Origin: Escherichia coli
Lineage (GTDB): Bacteria > Pseudomonadota > Gammaproteobacteria > Enterobacterales > Enterobacteriaceae
Length of the DNA stretch: 64,000 bases
Direction: 5' to 3' (one strand)
Assembly: GCF_048403405.1 (NCBI RefSeq)
Contig: NZ_CP183129.1
The notes beneath the pieces are model-generated. The model searched no databases, was not told the DNA's origin, and saw only the letters and a list, made by a program, of their open reading frames with translations. Within the stretch, counting starts at the first letter, position 1. Each line of letters starts with the position of its first letter. Shown here piece by piece: positions 1 to 14,106 of this stretch. The translations under genes were made by a program, and so were the position numbers.

Positions 1-1013
1 ATGTTAACGGGGTTTCTGAATTTCGCGCGCGTGACGTTTTGCTTATTGATATGTCTGCGGCTGATGTCGATCTCCGGCAATTTTGTAGTGAGCAGTTGCT
101 GGAGCCGATGGTACTACGCGGCGAGTATTTTTCTGACCAGGCCCTTGATGTGGGCATGGCAGAGATTTCATTAATTCCTGAGTCAGAACTGATTGGTAAA
201 TCGGTGCGCGAAATTGGTTTTCGTACCCGCTACGGACTGAATGTGGTGGGGCTAAAGCGCAATGGCGTGGCGCTGGAAGGTTCGCTGGCGGATGAGCCTC
301 TGCTGCTGGGCGATATCATCCTGGTTGTTGGTAACTGGAAACTGATCGGTATGCTGGCCAAACAGGGCCGCGACTTCGTAGCGCTGAACTTACCGGAAGA
401 GGTGAGTGAAGCATCGCCCGCGCACAGCCAGGCACCCCATGCGATTTTCTGTCTGGTGCTAATGGTGGCGTTAATGCTGACCGATGAAATTCCTAATCCT
501 GTTGCCGCTATCATCGCCTGCCTGCTGATGGGGAAATTCCGCTGTATCGATGCTGAAAGCGCCTATAAATCCATTCACTGGCCGAGCATTATTTTGATCG
601 TTGGGATGATGCCGTTTGCTGTGGCATTACAGAAAACGGGAGGTGTCGCGCTGGCGGTGAAAGGGCTGATGGACATTGGCGGCGGTTACGGGCCACATAT
701 GATGCTGGGTTGTTTGTTTGTCTTGTCGGCGGTTATTGGGCTATTTATCTCTAATACCGCAACGGCGGTGTTGATGGCTCCGATTGCGCTGGCTGCTGCC
801 AAAACGATGGGTGTGTCGCCTTATCCATTTGCGATGGTCGTGGCGATGGCAGCATCCGCCGCCTTTATGACGCCGGTTTCTTCACCTGTTAACACACTGG
901 TTTTAGGTCCGGGAAATTACAGCTTCAGTGACTTTGTGAAGTTGGGGGTACCGTTCACCATTATCGTGATGGCGGTTTGTGTGGTGATGATCCCGATGCT
1001 GTTTCCGTTTTGA
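1..1013 (+). CDS. yfbS: Putative transporter YfbS (RCK_C/TrkA-C domain plus C-terminal membrane permease domain); 5'-truncated by window edge
   Basis: Frame 3 is open from the window start to the stop at 1013; translation has an RCK_C-like segment ([24 protein letters not shown]) followed by hydrophobic helices; sits beside yfbR/alaA as in K-12. Confidence 0.85.
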
Positions 1014-1017
1014 CAAG

Positions 1018-1095
1018 AGCCTGATGTCGCATCCGGCGCTTATTGCCTGATGTCGCATCCGGCGCTTATTGCCTGATGCGACGCAGACTCCGGCT
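1018..1095. repeat. REP/BIME palindromic element cluster (two tandem copies of gcctgatgtcgcatccggcgcttatt plus a partial inverted unit)
   Basis: Direct tandem repeat read in sequence between the convergent yfbS and yfbR 3' ends; gcatccggcg / tgatgcgacgc motifs are typical of enterobacterial REP. Confidence 0.75.
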
Positions 1096-1097
1096 GC

Positions 1098-1697
1098 TTA
1101 CAGCGGTGAATCCTGGCTAATCTCATCGAGCGAAAGATGGAAGCTGGGAACAAAGACTTCCATGAAGTAGTCCATCTCCTGGCTGCGGCGCGCTTCAAGC
1201 GTCGCTTCCAGTCGCGTTTTTGCCAGCAAGAATTCATTATTTCCCGCCGCGAGTTCTTCCAGACATTTCAGATATGCACACAGTGCATCTGCCTGTTTCA
1301 CCAGCGATTTCTCTTCATCGCTATATGCATGCTCGTCAATTAACGGCGCAAAAATATCCTGCAGCTCTTCCGGAACCATATCGACCAGTTTTTGCTGAGC
1401 GATTTTTTCAATCGCCTTGTATTCCTGAGCGATTTGCGAATTGAAGTATTTCACCGGAGTAGGGAGATCGCCGGTGAGCACTTCTGAGGCATCGTGGTAC
1501 ATCGCCAGTAAAGCGATACGTTCGGCGTTGACATTACCGCCAAATTTCCGATTTTTGATAGCTGCCAGCGCATGGGCGACCATCGCTACCTGCAAACTGT
1601 GTTCGGACACATTTTCCGTCCGCACGTTGCGCATCAGCGGCCAGCGGTTAATGAGTTTCAGGCGGGAGAGATGGGCAAAAAAATGGCTCTGTTTCAT
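1098..1697 (-). CDS. yfbR: 5'-deoxynucleotidase YfbR (HD-domain dNMP phosphohydrolase)
   Basis: 199-aa ORF; HD motif region ([11 protein letters not shown]...[15 protein letters not shown]); matches recalled YfbR. Confidence 0.93.
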   Translation of the reverse strand: MKQSHFFAHLSRLKLINRWPLMRNVRTENVSEHSLQVAMVAHALAAIKNRKFGGNVNAERIALLAMYHDASEVLTGDLPTPVKYFNSQIAQEYKAIEKIAQQKLVDMVPEELQDIFAPLIDEHAYSDEEKSLVKQADALCAYLKCLEELAAGNNEFLLAKTRLEATLEARRSQEMDYFMEVFVPSFHLSLDEISQDSPL

Positions 1698-1780
1698 AGT
1701 GACCTTACGTATGATGACATCATCAGGTCATTGTGGCGGGATAACACTGCCGGATGCAATCTCCGGCAGTGAAATTAAGA

Positions 1781-2998
1781 TTACAGCTGATGATAACCAG
1801 AAAGGAAACGCGCGAACTTACTCAAAGACAGCTCGATATCATCGACACGCGGTAGCGTGACAATGCGGAAGTGATCCGGCCACGGCCAGTTGAATGCCGT
1901 CCCTTGCACCAACAGAACTTTTTCCTGCAACAGGAAATCCAGCACCATTTTCTGATCGTCGTGAATATTAAAGCGTTTGGCGTCGATTTTCGGGAACATG
2001 TACAGCGCACCGCGCGGTTTCACGCAGGAAACGCCCGGAATATCGTTGATCAATTCCCACGCGCGGTTACGCTGCTCATAAAGACGCCCGCCGGGAGTAA
2101 TAAATTCACTGATGCTCTGATAACCGCCTAGTGCAGTCTGAATGGCGTGTTGCGCAGGAACGTTAGCACACAGGCGCATTGAGGCCAGCATTTCCAGACC
2201 TTCGATGTAACCTTTGGCGTGTTTTTTCGGCCCGTTCAACACCATCCACCCCTGACGGAAGCCAGCAACGCGGTACGTTTTCGACAGTCCGTTAAAGGTA
2301 ATGGTCAGCAGATCAGGTGCCAGCGGCGCAATTGAGTGATGCTCAGCGTCGTCGTAGAGAATTTTGTCATAAATTTCATCGGCGAAGATAATGAGATTAT
2401 GCTGGCGTGCAATCTCCACTATCTCCATTAAAAGCTCTTTGGAATATACCGCGCCAGTTGGGTTATTTGGGTTGATAATAACGATCCCACGCGTACGAGG
2501 CGTAATTTTAGCGCGAATATCATCAAGGTCCGGGAACCAGTCAGAGGATTCATCGCAAAGATAATGCACCGCTTTACCGCTGGAGAGCGAAACCGCCGCG
2601 GTCCATAGTGGGTAATCAGGTGCAGGAACCAACATTTCGTCGCCGCTGTTCAGCAATGCCTGCATTGCCTGAACGATAAGCTCCGATACACCATTGCCGA
2701 TGTAAATATCTTCCACGGTAACATCACGCATGCCACGAGCCTGGTAGTGCTGCATGATGGCTTTACGCGCGGAGTAAAGCCCTTTGGAATCGCAATACCC
2801 TTGAGCGGTAGGCAGGTTGCGAATCACGTCAACGAGGATTTCATCTGGCGCGTCAAAACCGAACGGGGCAGGGTTGCCGATGTTCAGTTTCAGTACCTTG
2901 TTACCTTCTTCTTCCAGGCGTTTTGCTTCTTTCAGCACCGGACCACGGATGTCGTAACAGACATTCTCTAATTTGCTGGATTTTTCAATGGGGGACAT
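1781..2998 (-). CDS. alaA: Glutamate-pyruvate aminotransferase AlaA (PLP-dependent class I aminotransferase)
   Basis: 405-aa ORF; PLP-lysine motif region (NGLSKTYRVAGFRQGW); synteny with yfbR and lrhA. Confidence 0.95.
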   Translation of the reverse strand: MSPIEKSSKLENVCYDIRGPVLKEAKRLEEEGNKVLKLNIGNPAPFGFDAPDEILVDVIRNLPTAQGYCDSKGLYSARKAIMQHYQARGMRDVTVEDIYIGNGVSELIVQAMQALLNSGDEMLVPAPDYPLWTAAVSLSSGKAVHYLCDESSDWFPDLDDIRAKITPRTRGIVIINPNNPTGAVYSKELLMEIVEIARQHNLIIFADEIYDKILYDDAEHHSIAPLAPDLLTITFNGLSKTYRVAGFRQGWMVLNGPKKHAKGYIEGLEMLASMRLCANVPAQHAIQTALGGYQSISEFITPGGRLYEQRNRAWELINDIPGVSCVKPRGALYMFPKIDAKRFNIHDDQKMVLDFLLQEKVLLVQGTAFNWPWPDHFRIVTLPRVDDIELSLSKFARFLSGYHQL

Positions 2999-3914
2999 GA
3001 ATCTTGACCTTTTTTGCTGTTATCGCCACTCCCTGCCGTGGAAGTCAGCTTAGAACAATGTACTCCCCCAGGACGGCGTTTTGAAGGTCTGCAGAATAAG
3101 ATTTTGCCAGAGGGGAAGACTCGATTGTGCTGTTAATAACTTAATAATGGCAAAATAATGAGGTGTATATGCTTAGTAATTAATGTTATGTAGTGAATTG
3201 TTCTGATTCTTAATTGTGAGCGTGGTTTTTTTATCTGTAAGATAATTGTTTGAAAATGCCTCGTTTAAGAATTCACTAATGAATCGTGATGATGATATTT
3301 CCGCATTACGGAGAGTTTAACAGCGTGATGATTTCCGAGGTGTCGTAATGGGTGCAAGGTGTGAAACTATTGTTAAGCGGGATTAATGTATGAGGATGAT
3401 GCTAATTAATTATTATTTAATATTCAAAAAGGTTTTGTTGTGCTTATTAATAATAGAAGATTACTTTGCCTAACATAACATAACTTTGCATCAGATAATT
3501 CGCAATGACCCTTATAAATAAAAGGTTTTTGGGGTAAAATGCTCGCATAAATGACGGATCCCTGCTCTTGATGCCGCCTCACCATTGCTGTTTGTACGTG
3601 TTCGCGTATGACCAGCGATGCTGCACGAGAGTGGAACAAGGACTCACATTTACATTTATACAAACACGCGCATGTCATAAATACAAAAGAGTGAGTAACT
3701 TAATAGATATGCGATTCCTGAAGATATATTCTGTGATCTACTTCAGGCATTATAACGGAACAATGTGAGTCGCTTTTTTAGTGCAACTCATATGCATTTT
3801 TACTTTCGTCCGGGTTCCGGATGAAACTGCCAGGGAGGCACATTACAAATGGAATTGCTTGTTTGTGTGTGCACAGCATTAACCAGCTCAGTATGAGCCG
3901 CCAGTAAGTGATAA

Positions 3915-4856
<942 letters not shown>

Positions 4857-4900
4857 TCGACGGACCATAGATAATTTCTGAGACAATAGTGTAAAAACGA

Positions 4901-4937
4901 GCCGCTGGGGGTGTTTTAAACCCCAGCGGCTTTTTTT
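4901..4937 (+). terminator. Rho-independent terminator downstream of lrhA
   Basis: GC-rich hairpin gccgctgggg-N10-ccccagcggc followed by a T7 run. Confidence 0.7.
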
Positions 4938-5484
4938 AGTAAAAAGCCTTCCTCGTATCGTGCAGAACGTACAAAACTGTTCATTTTTCAATCACCAGAG
5001 ATTCACGTCCCGAACGCACAAATAATCGCCTGAAAAAAATCACCTGCTACAATGATGTTAAAAAATACGTAAATTTGTTGCTGCGTTTTTGTTATGGAAT
5101 GACAAAAGCGTGTCACAGATCAAGAAAATACTCTCTTTTGGGGGGAGGAATCGACACAAATTCCTGTCAAAATAGACCCGTATTTTTTCCATTGCTTCAC
5201 AACGGACACGATTCAACAACATCTAATTATCCTGGAGTCGTCAAGGATCTGGGGTGAAAGGGCATTAAATGCTAATGGTGTTGATATTATGTAAACTAAT
5301 GTGAAGAAGCTTTTGTTAAAGTTGACAAAAGGTTATAGAAAGGAGTAAAAGACCACATCAATTAGCTGTATAAAAGAGTTTCTACAGTGATTGTAAGGTT
5401 TTTTTTATTCCTCCCCATGAATCGATGTGGCGTCCATCTGCCGTGAAGAGCAGTGAATCTGGCGCTACTTTTGATGAGTAAGCA
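4938..5484 (+). promoter_or_regulatory. nuo operon promoter / 5' leader region (about 550 bp, AT-rich)
   Basis: Long non-coding stretch between the lrhA terminator and nuoA; the nuo promoter region is known to bind several global regulators; individual sites not mapped here. Confidence 0.5.
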
Positions 5485-5928
5485 ATGAGTATGTCAACAT
5501 CCACTGAAGTCATCGCTCATCACTGGGCATTCGCTATCTTTCTTATCGTTGCCATTGGCCTGTGTTGCCTGATGCTGGTAGGCGGTTGGTTTTTAGGCGG
5601 TCGCGCACGCGCAAGGTCGAAAAACGTTCCGTTTGAATCCGGTATCGACTCGGTCGGCTCCGCCCGCTTACGCCTGTCCGCCAAGTTTTATCTGGTGGCC
5701 ATGTTCTTCGTTATCTTCGACGTTGAAGCGCTGTATCTGTTCGCATGGTCAACCTCTATCCGCGAAAGCGGCTGGGTAGGCTTTGTGGAAGCTGCAATTT
5801 TTATTTTTGTGTTACTGGCAGGTCTGGTTTATCTGGTGCGTATTGGCGCGCTGGACTGGACGCCCGCGCGTTCACGCCGCGAGCGTATGAACCCGGAAAC
5901 GAACAGTATCGCTAATCGTCAACGCTAA
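5485..5928 (+). CDS. nuoA: NADH:quinone oxidoreductase subunit A
   Basis: 147-aa membrane protein; first gene of the nuo cluster. Confidence 0.97.
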
Positions 5929-5943
5929 CCGCGAGGCATTAAG

Positions 5944-6606
5944 ATGGATTATACGCTCACCCGCATAGATCCCAACGGTGAGAACGACCGTTACCCCCTG
6001 CAAAAGCAGGAGATCGTAACCGACCCTCTGGAGCAAGAAGTTAATAAAAACGTGTTTATGGGCAAGCTCAATGACATGGTTAACTGGGGTCGTAAAAACT
6101 CAATTTGGCCGTATAACTTCGGTCTTTCCTGCTGTTACGTTGAGATGGTGACTTCGTTTACCGCGGTGCATGACGTGGCGCGTTTTGGCGCAGAAGTATT
6201 GCGAGCTTCGCCGCGTCAGGCTGACCTGATGGTCGTTGCAGGAACCTGCTTTACAAAAATGGCACCGGTTATTCAGCGTCTGTATGACCAGATGCTGGAA
6301 CCAAAATGGGTTATCTCAATGGGTGCCTGTGCCAACTCCGGCGGTATGTACGATATTTATTCCGTTGTGCAGGGCGTCGATAAATTCATCCCGGTTGATG
6401 TGTATATCCCGGGCTGCCCTCCGCGTCCTGAAGCGTACATGCAGGCACTGATGCTGTTGCAGGAATCTATCGGTAAAGAACGTCGTCCGCTCTCCTGGGT
6501 GGTTGGCGATCAGGGCGTTTATCGCGCCAATATGCAATCAGAGCGCGAACGCAAGCGCGGTGAACGCATTGCCGTAACCAACCTGCGTACACCTGACGAG
6601 ATTTAA
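5944..6606 (+). CDS. nuoB: NADH:quinone oxidoreductase subunit B (N2 Fe-S cluster subunit)
   Basis: 220-aa ORF with CCYVEM ... GACANSGG ... GCPP cysteine motifs. Confidence 0.97.
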
Positions 6607-6699
6607 TTTGCGCCTGTCGGCAAAGGAATTTTTCTTCGCTTATTCCTAAATCTATTTCGCGAAGCTTACTGCGCCGACAGTCACCACGGACCATTTGCA

Positions 6700-8502
6700 A
6701 TGGTGAACAATATGACCGACTTAACCGCGCAAGAACCCGCCTGGCAGACCCGCGATCATCTTGATGATCCGGTGATTGGCGAACTGCGCAACCGTTTTGG
6801 GCCGGATGCCTTTACTGTTCAGGCGACTCGCACCGGGGTTCCCGTTGTGTGGATCAAGCGTGAACAATTACTGGAAGTTGGCGATTTCTTAAAGAAACTG
6901 CCGAAACCTTACGTCATGCTGTTTGACTTACACGGCATGGACGAACGTCTGCGCACACACCGCGAAGGGTTACCTGCCGCGGATTTTTCCGTTTTCTACC
7001 ATCTGATTTCTATCGATCGTAACCGCGACATCATGTTGAAGGTAGCGCTGGCAGAAAACGACCTGCACGTACCGACCTTTACCAAACTGTTCCCGAACGC
7101 TAACTGGTATGAGCGTGAGACCTGGGATCTGTTTGGTATTACTTTCGACGGTCACCCGAACCTGCGCCGCATCATGATGCCGCAAACCTGGAAAGGTCAC
7201 CCGCTGCGTAAAGATTACCCGGCGCGCGCTACCGAATTCTCGCCGTTTGAGCTGACCAAAGCCAAACAGGATCTGGAGATGGAAGCCCTGACCTTCAAAC
7301 CGGAAGAGTGGGGGATGAAGCGCGGCACCGAAAACGAGGACTTCATGTTCCTCAACCTCGGTCCGAACCACCCGTCGGCGCACGGTGCTTTCCGTATCGT
7401 TTTGCAGCTCGATGGCGAAGAGATTGTCGACTGCGTACCAGACATCGGCTACCACCACCGTGGCGCGGAGAAAATGGGCGAGCGCCAGTCCTGGCATAGC
7501 TACATTCCGTACACCGACCGTATCGAATACCTCGGCGGCTGCGTTAACGAAATGCCTTACGTGCTGGCGGTAGAGAAACTGGCCGGGATCACCGTGCCGG
7601 ATCGCGTTAACGTCATTCGCGTAATGCTTTCTGAGCTGTTCCGCATCAACAGCCACCTGCTGTACATCTCGACCTTTATTCAGGACGTCGGCGCAATGAC
7701 GCCAGTGTTCTTCGCCTTTACCGATCGTCAGAAAATTTACGATCTGGTGGAAGCAATCACTGGTTTCCGTATGCACCCGGCGTGGTTCCGTATTGGCGGC
7801 GTAGCGCACGACCTGCCGCGTGGCTGGGATCGCCTGCTGCGTGAGTTCCTCGACTGGATGCCGAAACGTCTGGCGTCTTACGAGAAAGCGGCGCTGCAAA
7901 ACACTATTCTGAAAGGTCGTTCCCAGGGCGTTGCCGCCTATGGCGCGAAAGAGGCGCTGGAGTGGGGCACCACTGGCGCGGGCCTGCGCGCCACCGGGAT
8001 CGACTTCGACGTGCGTAAGGCGCGTCCGTATTCTGGCTATGAAAACTTCGACTTTGAAATCCCGGTTGGTGGTGGTGTTTCTGATTGCTACACCCGCGTA
8101 ATGCTGAAAGTGGAAGAGCTGCGCCAGAGTCTGCGCATTCTTGAGCAGTGCCTCAACAACATGCCGGAAGGCCCGTTCAAAGCGGATCACCCGCTGACCA
8201 CGCCGCCGCCGAAAGAGCGCACGTTGCAACATATCGAAACCCTGATCACCCACTTCCTGCAAGTGTCGTGGGGTCCGGTGATGCCAGCCAATGAATCTTT
8301 CCAGATGATTGAGGCGACCAAGGGGATCAACAGTTACTACCTGACCAGCGACGGTAGCACCATGAGTTATCGCACCCGTATCCGTACGCCGAGTTATGCG
8401 CATTTGCAGCAAATTCCGGCGGCGATCCGCGGCAGCCTGGTGTCTGACCTGATTGTTTATCTGGGCAGTATCGATTTTGTTATGTCAGATGTGGACCGCT
8501 AA
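6700..8502 (+). CDS. nuoC: NADH:quinone oxidoreductase fused subunit C/D
   Basis: 600-aa ORF; fused NuoC (30 kDa) and NuoD (49 kDa) domains as in E. coli. Confidence 0.97.
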
Positions 8503-8504
8503 TT

Positions 8505-9005
8505 ATGCACGAGAATCAACAACCACAAACCGAGGCTTTTGAGCTGAGTGCGGCAGAGCGTGAAGCGATTGAGCACGAGATGCACCACTACGAAGACCCG
8601 CGTGCGGCGTCCATTGAAGCGCTGAAAATCGTTCAGAAGCAGCGTGGCTGGGTGCCGGATGGCGCGATCCACGCGATCGCCGATGTGCTGGGTATTCCGG
8701 CGAGCGACGTCGAAGGTGTGGCAACGTTTTATAGCCAGATCTTCCGCCAGCCGGTTGGTCGCCATGTGATCCGTTATTGCGACAGCGTGGTCTGTCATAT
8801 CAACGGTTATCAGGGTATTCAGGCGGCGCTCGAGAAAAAGCTGAACATCAAACCAGGGCAAACGACATTTGACGGTCGCTTTACGCTGCTGCCAACTTGC
8901 TGCCTGGGGAACTGTGATAAAGGGCCAAACATGATGATCGATGAGGATACTCACGCACATCTGACCCCGGAAGCGATCCCTGAACTGCTGGAGCGGTATA
9001 AATGA
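8505..9005 (+). CDS. nuoE: NADH:quinone oxidoreductase subunit E (2Fe-2S)
   Basis: 166-aa ORF; cysteine motifs CDSVVC ... CCLGNC; overlaps the nuoF start (ATGA). Confidence 0.97.
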
Positions 9006-10339
9006 AAAACATTATCCGTACTCCCGAAACGCATCCGCTGACCTGGCGTCTGCGCGATGACAAACAGCCAGTGTGGCTGGACGAATATCGCAGCAAAAAC
9101 GGTTACGAAGGCGCGCGTAAGGCGCTGACCGGGCTGTCTCCGGACGAAATCGTTAATCAGGTAAAAGACGCTGGTCTGAAAGGGCGCGGCGGCGCGGGCT
9201 TTTCGACTGGTCTGAAGTGGAGCCTGATGCCGAAAGACGAATCCATGAACATCCGTTACCTGCTGTGTAACGCCGATGAAATGGAACCGGGCACCTATAA
9301 AGACCGCCTGTTGATGGAGCAACTGCCGCACCTGCTGGTGGAAGGTATGCTTATCTCCGCGTTTGCGCTGAAAGCTTACCGTGGCTACATCTTCCTGCGT
9401 GGCGAATATATTGAAGCGGCAGTGAATCTGCGCCGCGCCATTGCCGAAGCGACTGAAGCGGGCTTGCTTGGCAAAAACATTATGGGAACAGGTTTCGACT
9501 TCGAACTGTTCGTCCATACCGGTGCAGGGCGCTACATCTGCGGGGAAGAAACAGCGTTAATCAACTCCCTGGAAGGGCGTCGTGCTAACCCACGCTCGAA
9601 ACCCCCCTTCCCGGCAACCTCCGGCGTATGGGGCAAACCGACCTGTGTCAATAACGTCGAAACCCTGTGTAACGTTCCGGCGATCCTTGCTAACGGCGTG
9701 GAGTGGTATCAGAACATCTCGAAAAGTAAAGATGCTGGCACCAAGCTGATGGGCTTCTCCGGTCGGGTGAAAAATCCGGGCCTGTGGGAACTGCCGTTCG
9801 GCACCACCGCTCGCGAGATCCTCGAAGATTACGCCGGTGGTATGCGTGACGGTCTGAAATTCAAAGCCTGGCAGCCAGGCGGTGCGGGTACTGACTTCCT
9901 GACTGAAGCGCACCTTGACCTGCCGATGGAATTCGAAAGTATCGGTAAAGCGGGAAGCCGTCTGGGTACGGCGCTGGCGATGGCGGTTGACCATGAGATC
10001 AACATGGTGTCGCTGGTGCGTAACCTGGAAGAGTTTTTCGCCCGTGAGTCCTGTGGCTGGTGTACGCCGTGCCGCGACGGTCTGCCGTGGAGCGTGAAAA
10101 TTCTGCGCGCGCTGGAGCGTGGCGAAGGTCAGCCGGGCGATATCGAAACACTTGAGCAACTGTGTCGATTCTTAGGCCCGGGTAAAACTTTCTGTGCCCA
10201 CGCACCTGGTGCAGTGGAGCCGTTACAGAGCGCCATCAAATATTTCCGCGAAGAATTTGAGGCGGGAATCAAACAGCCGTTCAGCAATACCCATTTGATT
10301 AATGGGATTCAGCCGAACCTGCTGAAAGAGCGCTGGTAA
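9002..10339 (+). CDS. nuoF: NADH:quinone oxidoreductase subunit F (FMN/NADH-binding, 4Fe-4S)
   Basis: 445-aa [16 protein letters not shown]-site motif, C-terminal CGWCTPCR Fe-S motif. Confidence 0.97.
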   Translation: MKNIIRTPETHPLTWRLRDDKQPVWLDEYRSKNGYEGARKALTGLSPDEIVNQVKDAGLKGRGGAGFSTGLKWSLMPKDESMNIRYLLCNADEMEPGTYKDRLLMEQLPHLLVEGMLISAFALKAYRGYIFLRGEYIEAAVNLRRAIAEATEAGLLGKNIMGTGFDFELFVHTGAGRYICGEETALINSLEGRRANPRSKPPFPATSGVWGKPTCVNNVETLCNVPAILANGVEWYQNISKSKDAGTKLMGFSGRVKNPGLWELPFGTTAREILEDYAGGMRDGLKFKAWQPGGAGTDFLTEAHLDLPMEFESIGKAGSRLGTALAMAVDHEINMVSLVRNLEEFFARESCGWCTPCRDGLPWSVKILRALERGEGQPGDIETLEQLCRFLGPGKTFCAHAPGAVEPLQSAIKYFREEFEAGIKQPFSNTHLINGIQPNLLKERW

Positions 10340-10391
10340 CCGAATTTCGATTAACGCTCAGTCTCTGACTGAGAAAACTGGAAGCATGCTA

Positions 10392-13118
10392 ATGGCTACA
10401 ATTCATGTAGACGGCAAAGAATACGAGGTCAACGGAGCGGACAACTTGCTGGAAGCTTGTCTGTCTCTGGGCCTTGATATTCCTTACTTTTGCTGGCATC
10501 CGGCGCTGGGAAGCGTCGGTGCTTGCCGCCAGTGTGCGGTGAAGCAATACCAAAACGCGGAAGACACGCGTGGTCGCCTGGTGATGTCCTGTATGACACC
10601 GGCTTCCGATGGCACCTTTATTTCCATTGACGATGAAGAAGCGAAACAGTTCCGTGAAAGTGTGGTCGAGTGGTTAATGACCAACCACCCGCACGATTGT
10701 CCGGTATGTGAAGAAGGCGGTAACTGCCATCTTCAGGATATGACCGTGATGACCGGACACAGCTTCCGTCGCTACCGTTTCACCAAACGTACCCACCGTA
10801 ATCAGGATTTGGGGCCATTCATCTCTCACGAAATGAACCGCTGCATCGCCTGCTACCGCTGCGTGCGTTACTACAAAGATTACGCTGACGGCACGGACCT
10901 GGGCGTTTACGGTGCACACGACAACGTCTACTTCGGTCGCCCGGAAGACGGCACGCTGGAAAGCGAATTTTCCGGTAACCTGGTCGAAATTTGCCCGACC
11001 GGCGTATTTACCGACAAAACGCACTCCGAGCGTTACAACCGTAAATGGGATATGCAGTTTGCGCCGAGCATCTGCCAGCAATGTTCCATCGGCTGTAACA
11101 TCAGCCCCGGCGAGCGTTATGGCGAACTGCGTCGAATCGAAAACCGTTACAACGGTACAGTAAACCACTACTTCCTCTGCGACCGTGGTCGTTTCGGTTA
11201 CGGTTACGTCAACCTGAAAGATCGTCCGCGTCAGCCAGTACAGCGTCGTGGCGATGATTTCATTACCCTCAATGCCGAACAGGCAATGCAGGGCGCAGCA
11301 GATATTCTGCGTCAGTCGAAGAAAGTGATCGGCATCGGTTCTCCGCGTGCCAGCGTGGAAAGCAACTTTGCGCTGCGTGAGCTGGTGGGCGAAGAAAACT
11401 TCTACACCGGTATCGCTCACGGTGAGCAGGAACGTCTGCAACTGGCGCTGAAAGTGCTGCGTGAAGGCGGCATTTATACGCCGGCACTGCGCGAAATCGA
11501 ATCTTACGATGCGGTACTGGTGCTGGGCGAAGACGTTACCCAGACCGGTGCGCGCGTCGCGCTGGCAGTGCGTCAGGCGGTGAAAGGTAAAGCGCGCGAA
11601 ATGGCGGCAGCACAGAAAGTGGCTGACTGGCAGATTGCGGCAATCCTCAACATCGGTCAACGTGCGAAGCATCCGCTGTTTGTTACCAACGTTGATGATA
11701 CCCGTCTGGATGATATCGCGGCGTGGACTTACCGCGCACCGGTTGAAGATCAGGCGCGTTTAGGTTTTGCCATCGCCCATGCGCTGGATAACTCCGCGCC
11801 AGCGGTTGACGGAATCGAATCTGAGCTGCAAAGCAAAATCGACGTCATCGTGCAGGCTCTGGCGGGTGCGAAGAAACCGTTGATTATCTCCGGGACGAAC
11901 GCTGGTAGCGCTGAAGTGATTCAGGCTGCGGCTAACGTGGCGAAAGCCCTGAAAGGTCGCGGCGCTGACGTCGGTATCACCATGATTGCTCGCTCTGTAA
12001 ACAGTATGGGGCTGGGCATTATGGGCGGTGGATCACTTGAAGAAGCGTTAACCGAACTGGAAACCGGACGCGCCGACGCGGTGGTGGTGCTGGAAAACGA
12101 TCTGCATCGTCACGCTTCCGCTACCCGCGTGAATGCTGCGCTGGCGAAAGCGCCGCTGGTGATGGTGGTTGACCATCAACGCACGGCGATTATGGAAAAC
12201 GCCCATCTGGTGCTTTCTGCTGCCAGCTTTGCTGAAAGCGACGGTACGGTGATCAACAACGAAGGCCGCGCCCAACGTTTCTTCCAGGTTTACGATCCGG
12301 CCTATTACGACAGCAAAACTGTCATGCTGGAAAGCTGGCGCTGGTTACACTCGCTGCACAGCACCCTGCTGAGCCGTGAAGTGGACTGGACGCAGCTCGA
12401 CCATGTGATTGACGCTGTTGTGGCGAAAATCCCGGAGCTGGCAGGTATCAAAGATGCTGCGCCGGATGCGACATTCCGTATCCGTGGACAGAAACTGGCC
12501 CGTGAACCGCACCGTTACAGCGGTCGTACCGCCATGCGCGCCAATATCAGCGTTCATGAGCCGCGTCAGCCGCAGGATATTGACACCATGTTCACCTTCT
12601 CGATGGAAGGTAACAACCAGCCGACCGCGCACCGTTCGCAAGTGCCGTTTGCCTGGGCGCCAGGCTGGAACTCCCCGCAGGCGTGGAACAAATTCCAGGA
12701 CGAAGTTGGCGGCAAACTGCGCTTTGGCGATCCGGGCGTGCGTCTGTTTGAAACCAGCGAAAACGGTCTGGATTACTTCACCAGCGTACCGGCACGCTTC
12801 CAGCCACAGGACGGGAAATGGCGTATCGCGCCGTACTACCACCTGTTTGGCAGCGATGAATTGTCACAGCGAGCTCCGGTCTTCCAGAGCCGTATGCCAC
12901 AGCCATACATCAAACTTAACCCGGCGGATGCCGCGAAGTTGGGTGTGAACGCGGGCACTCGCGTCTCCTTTAGTTACGATGGCAACACGGTCACGCTGCC
13001 GGTTGAAATCGCCGAAGGGCTGACGGCAGGGCAGGTGGGCTTGCCGATGGGTATGTCCGGCATTGCTCCGGTGCTGGCTGGCGCGCATCTTGAGGATCTC
13101 AAGGAGGCACAACAATGA
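10392..13118 (+). CDS. nuoG: NADH:quinone oxidoreductase subunit G (Fe-S, molybdopterin-like fold)
   Basis: 908-aa from [13 protein letters not shown] (alternative in-frame ATG at 10386 gives 910 aa); N-terminal 2Fe-2S/4Fe-4S cysteine clusters. Confidence 0.96.
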
Positions 13119-14092
13119 GTTGGATATCACCGGAACTGATTGAGATCCTGCTGACCATCCTCAAAGCGGTGGTGATCCTGCTGGTGGTTGTCACCTGTGG
13201 GGCATTCATGAGCTTTGGCGAACGTCGCCTGCTGGGTCTGTTCCAGAACCGTTACGGACCTAACCGTGTTGGCTGGGGCGGTTCGCTCCAGCTGGTCGCG
13301 GACATGATCAAGATGTTCTTCAAAGAAGACTGGATCCCGAAATTCTCGGATCGCGTCATCTTTACCCTGGCACCGATGATTGCCTTTACCTCGCTGCTGC
13401 TGGCCTTTGCGATTGTGCCAGTCAGCCCAGGTTGGGTGGTTGCCGACCTGAACATCGGGATTTTGTTCTTCCTGATGATGGCCGGTCTGGCGGTCTACGC
13501 GGTGCTGTTTGCGGGCTGGTCAAGTAACAACAAATACTCGCTGCTGGGGGCGATGCGTGCTTCTGCGCAGACTCTGAGCTACGAAGTGTTCCTCGGGCTT
13601 TCCCTGATGGGCGTGGTGGCGCAGGCCGGTTCATTCAACATGACCGACATCGTTAACAGCCAGGCGCATGTGTGGAACGTCATCCCGCAATTCTTTGGTT
13701 TTATTACCTTTGCCATCGCGGGCGTGGCGGTGTGTCACCGTCACCCATTTGACCAGCCGGAAGCCGAGCAGGAACTGGCGGATGGTTACCACATTGAATA
13801 TTCCGGCATGAAGTTCGGTCTGTTCTTCGTGGGCGAATACATCGGGATTGTGACCATCTCTGCACTGATGGTGACGCTGTTCTTCGGTGGCTGGCAAGGC
13901 CCGTTGTTACCGCCATTCATCTGGTTCGCGCTGAAAACCGCGTTCTTTATGATGATGTTCATTTTGATTCGTGCGTCGTTACCGCGTCCGCGTTATGACC
14001 AGGTAATGTCCTTCGGCTGGAAAATCTGCCTGCCGCTGACGCTGATCAACTTGCTGGTAACGGCGGCTGTCATTCTCTGGCAGGCGCAATAA
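13115..14092 (+). CDS. nuoH: NADH:quinone oxidoreductase subunit H (membrane)
   Basis: 325-aa polytopic membrane protein; start overlaps the nuoG stop. Confidence 0.97.
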
Positions 14093-14106
14093 GGGGCAAT
14101 AAGACC

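Noticed and set aside
1018-1095. Tandem repeats that might be mistaken for a mini CRISPR array
   Set aside because: Only two to three imperfect palindromic units of REP type, no unique spacers and no cas genes; these are REP/BIME elements (the same applies to 61820..61938).
6607-6699. Long-range inverted repeat in the nuoB-nuoC spacer (ctgtcggc ... gccgacag)
   Set aside because: Only an 8-bp stem with a loop of about 50 nt; too weak to call a structured element without comparative or experimental data.
6970-8412. 480-aa ORF on the minus strand, antisense to nuoC
   Set aside because: Entirely embedded in a highly conserved nuo gene; no start context or recognisable motifs; long antisense ORFs are common artefacts in GC-rich, codon-biased coding sequence.
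10674-11672. 332-aa minus-strand ORF inside nuoG
   Set aside because: Antisense to a conserved gene, no motifs, no ribosome-binding site.
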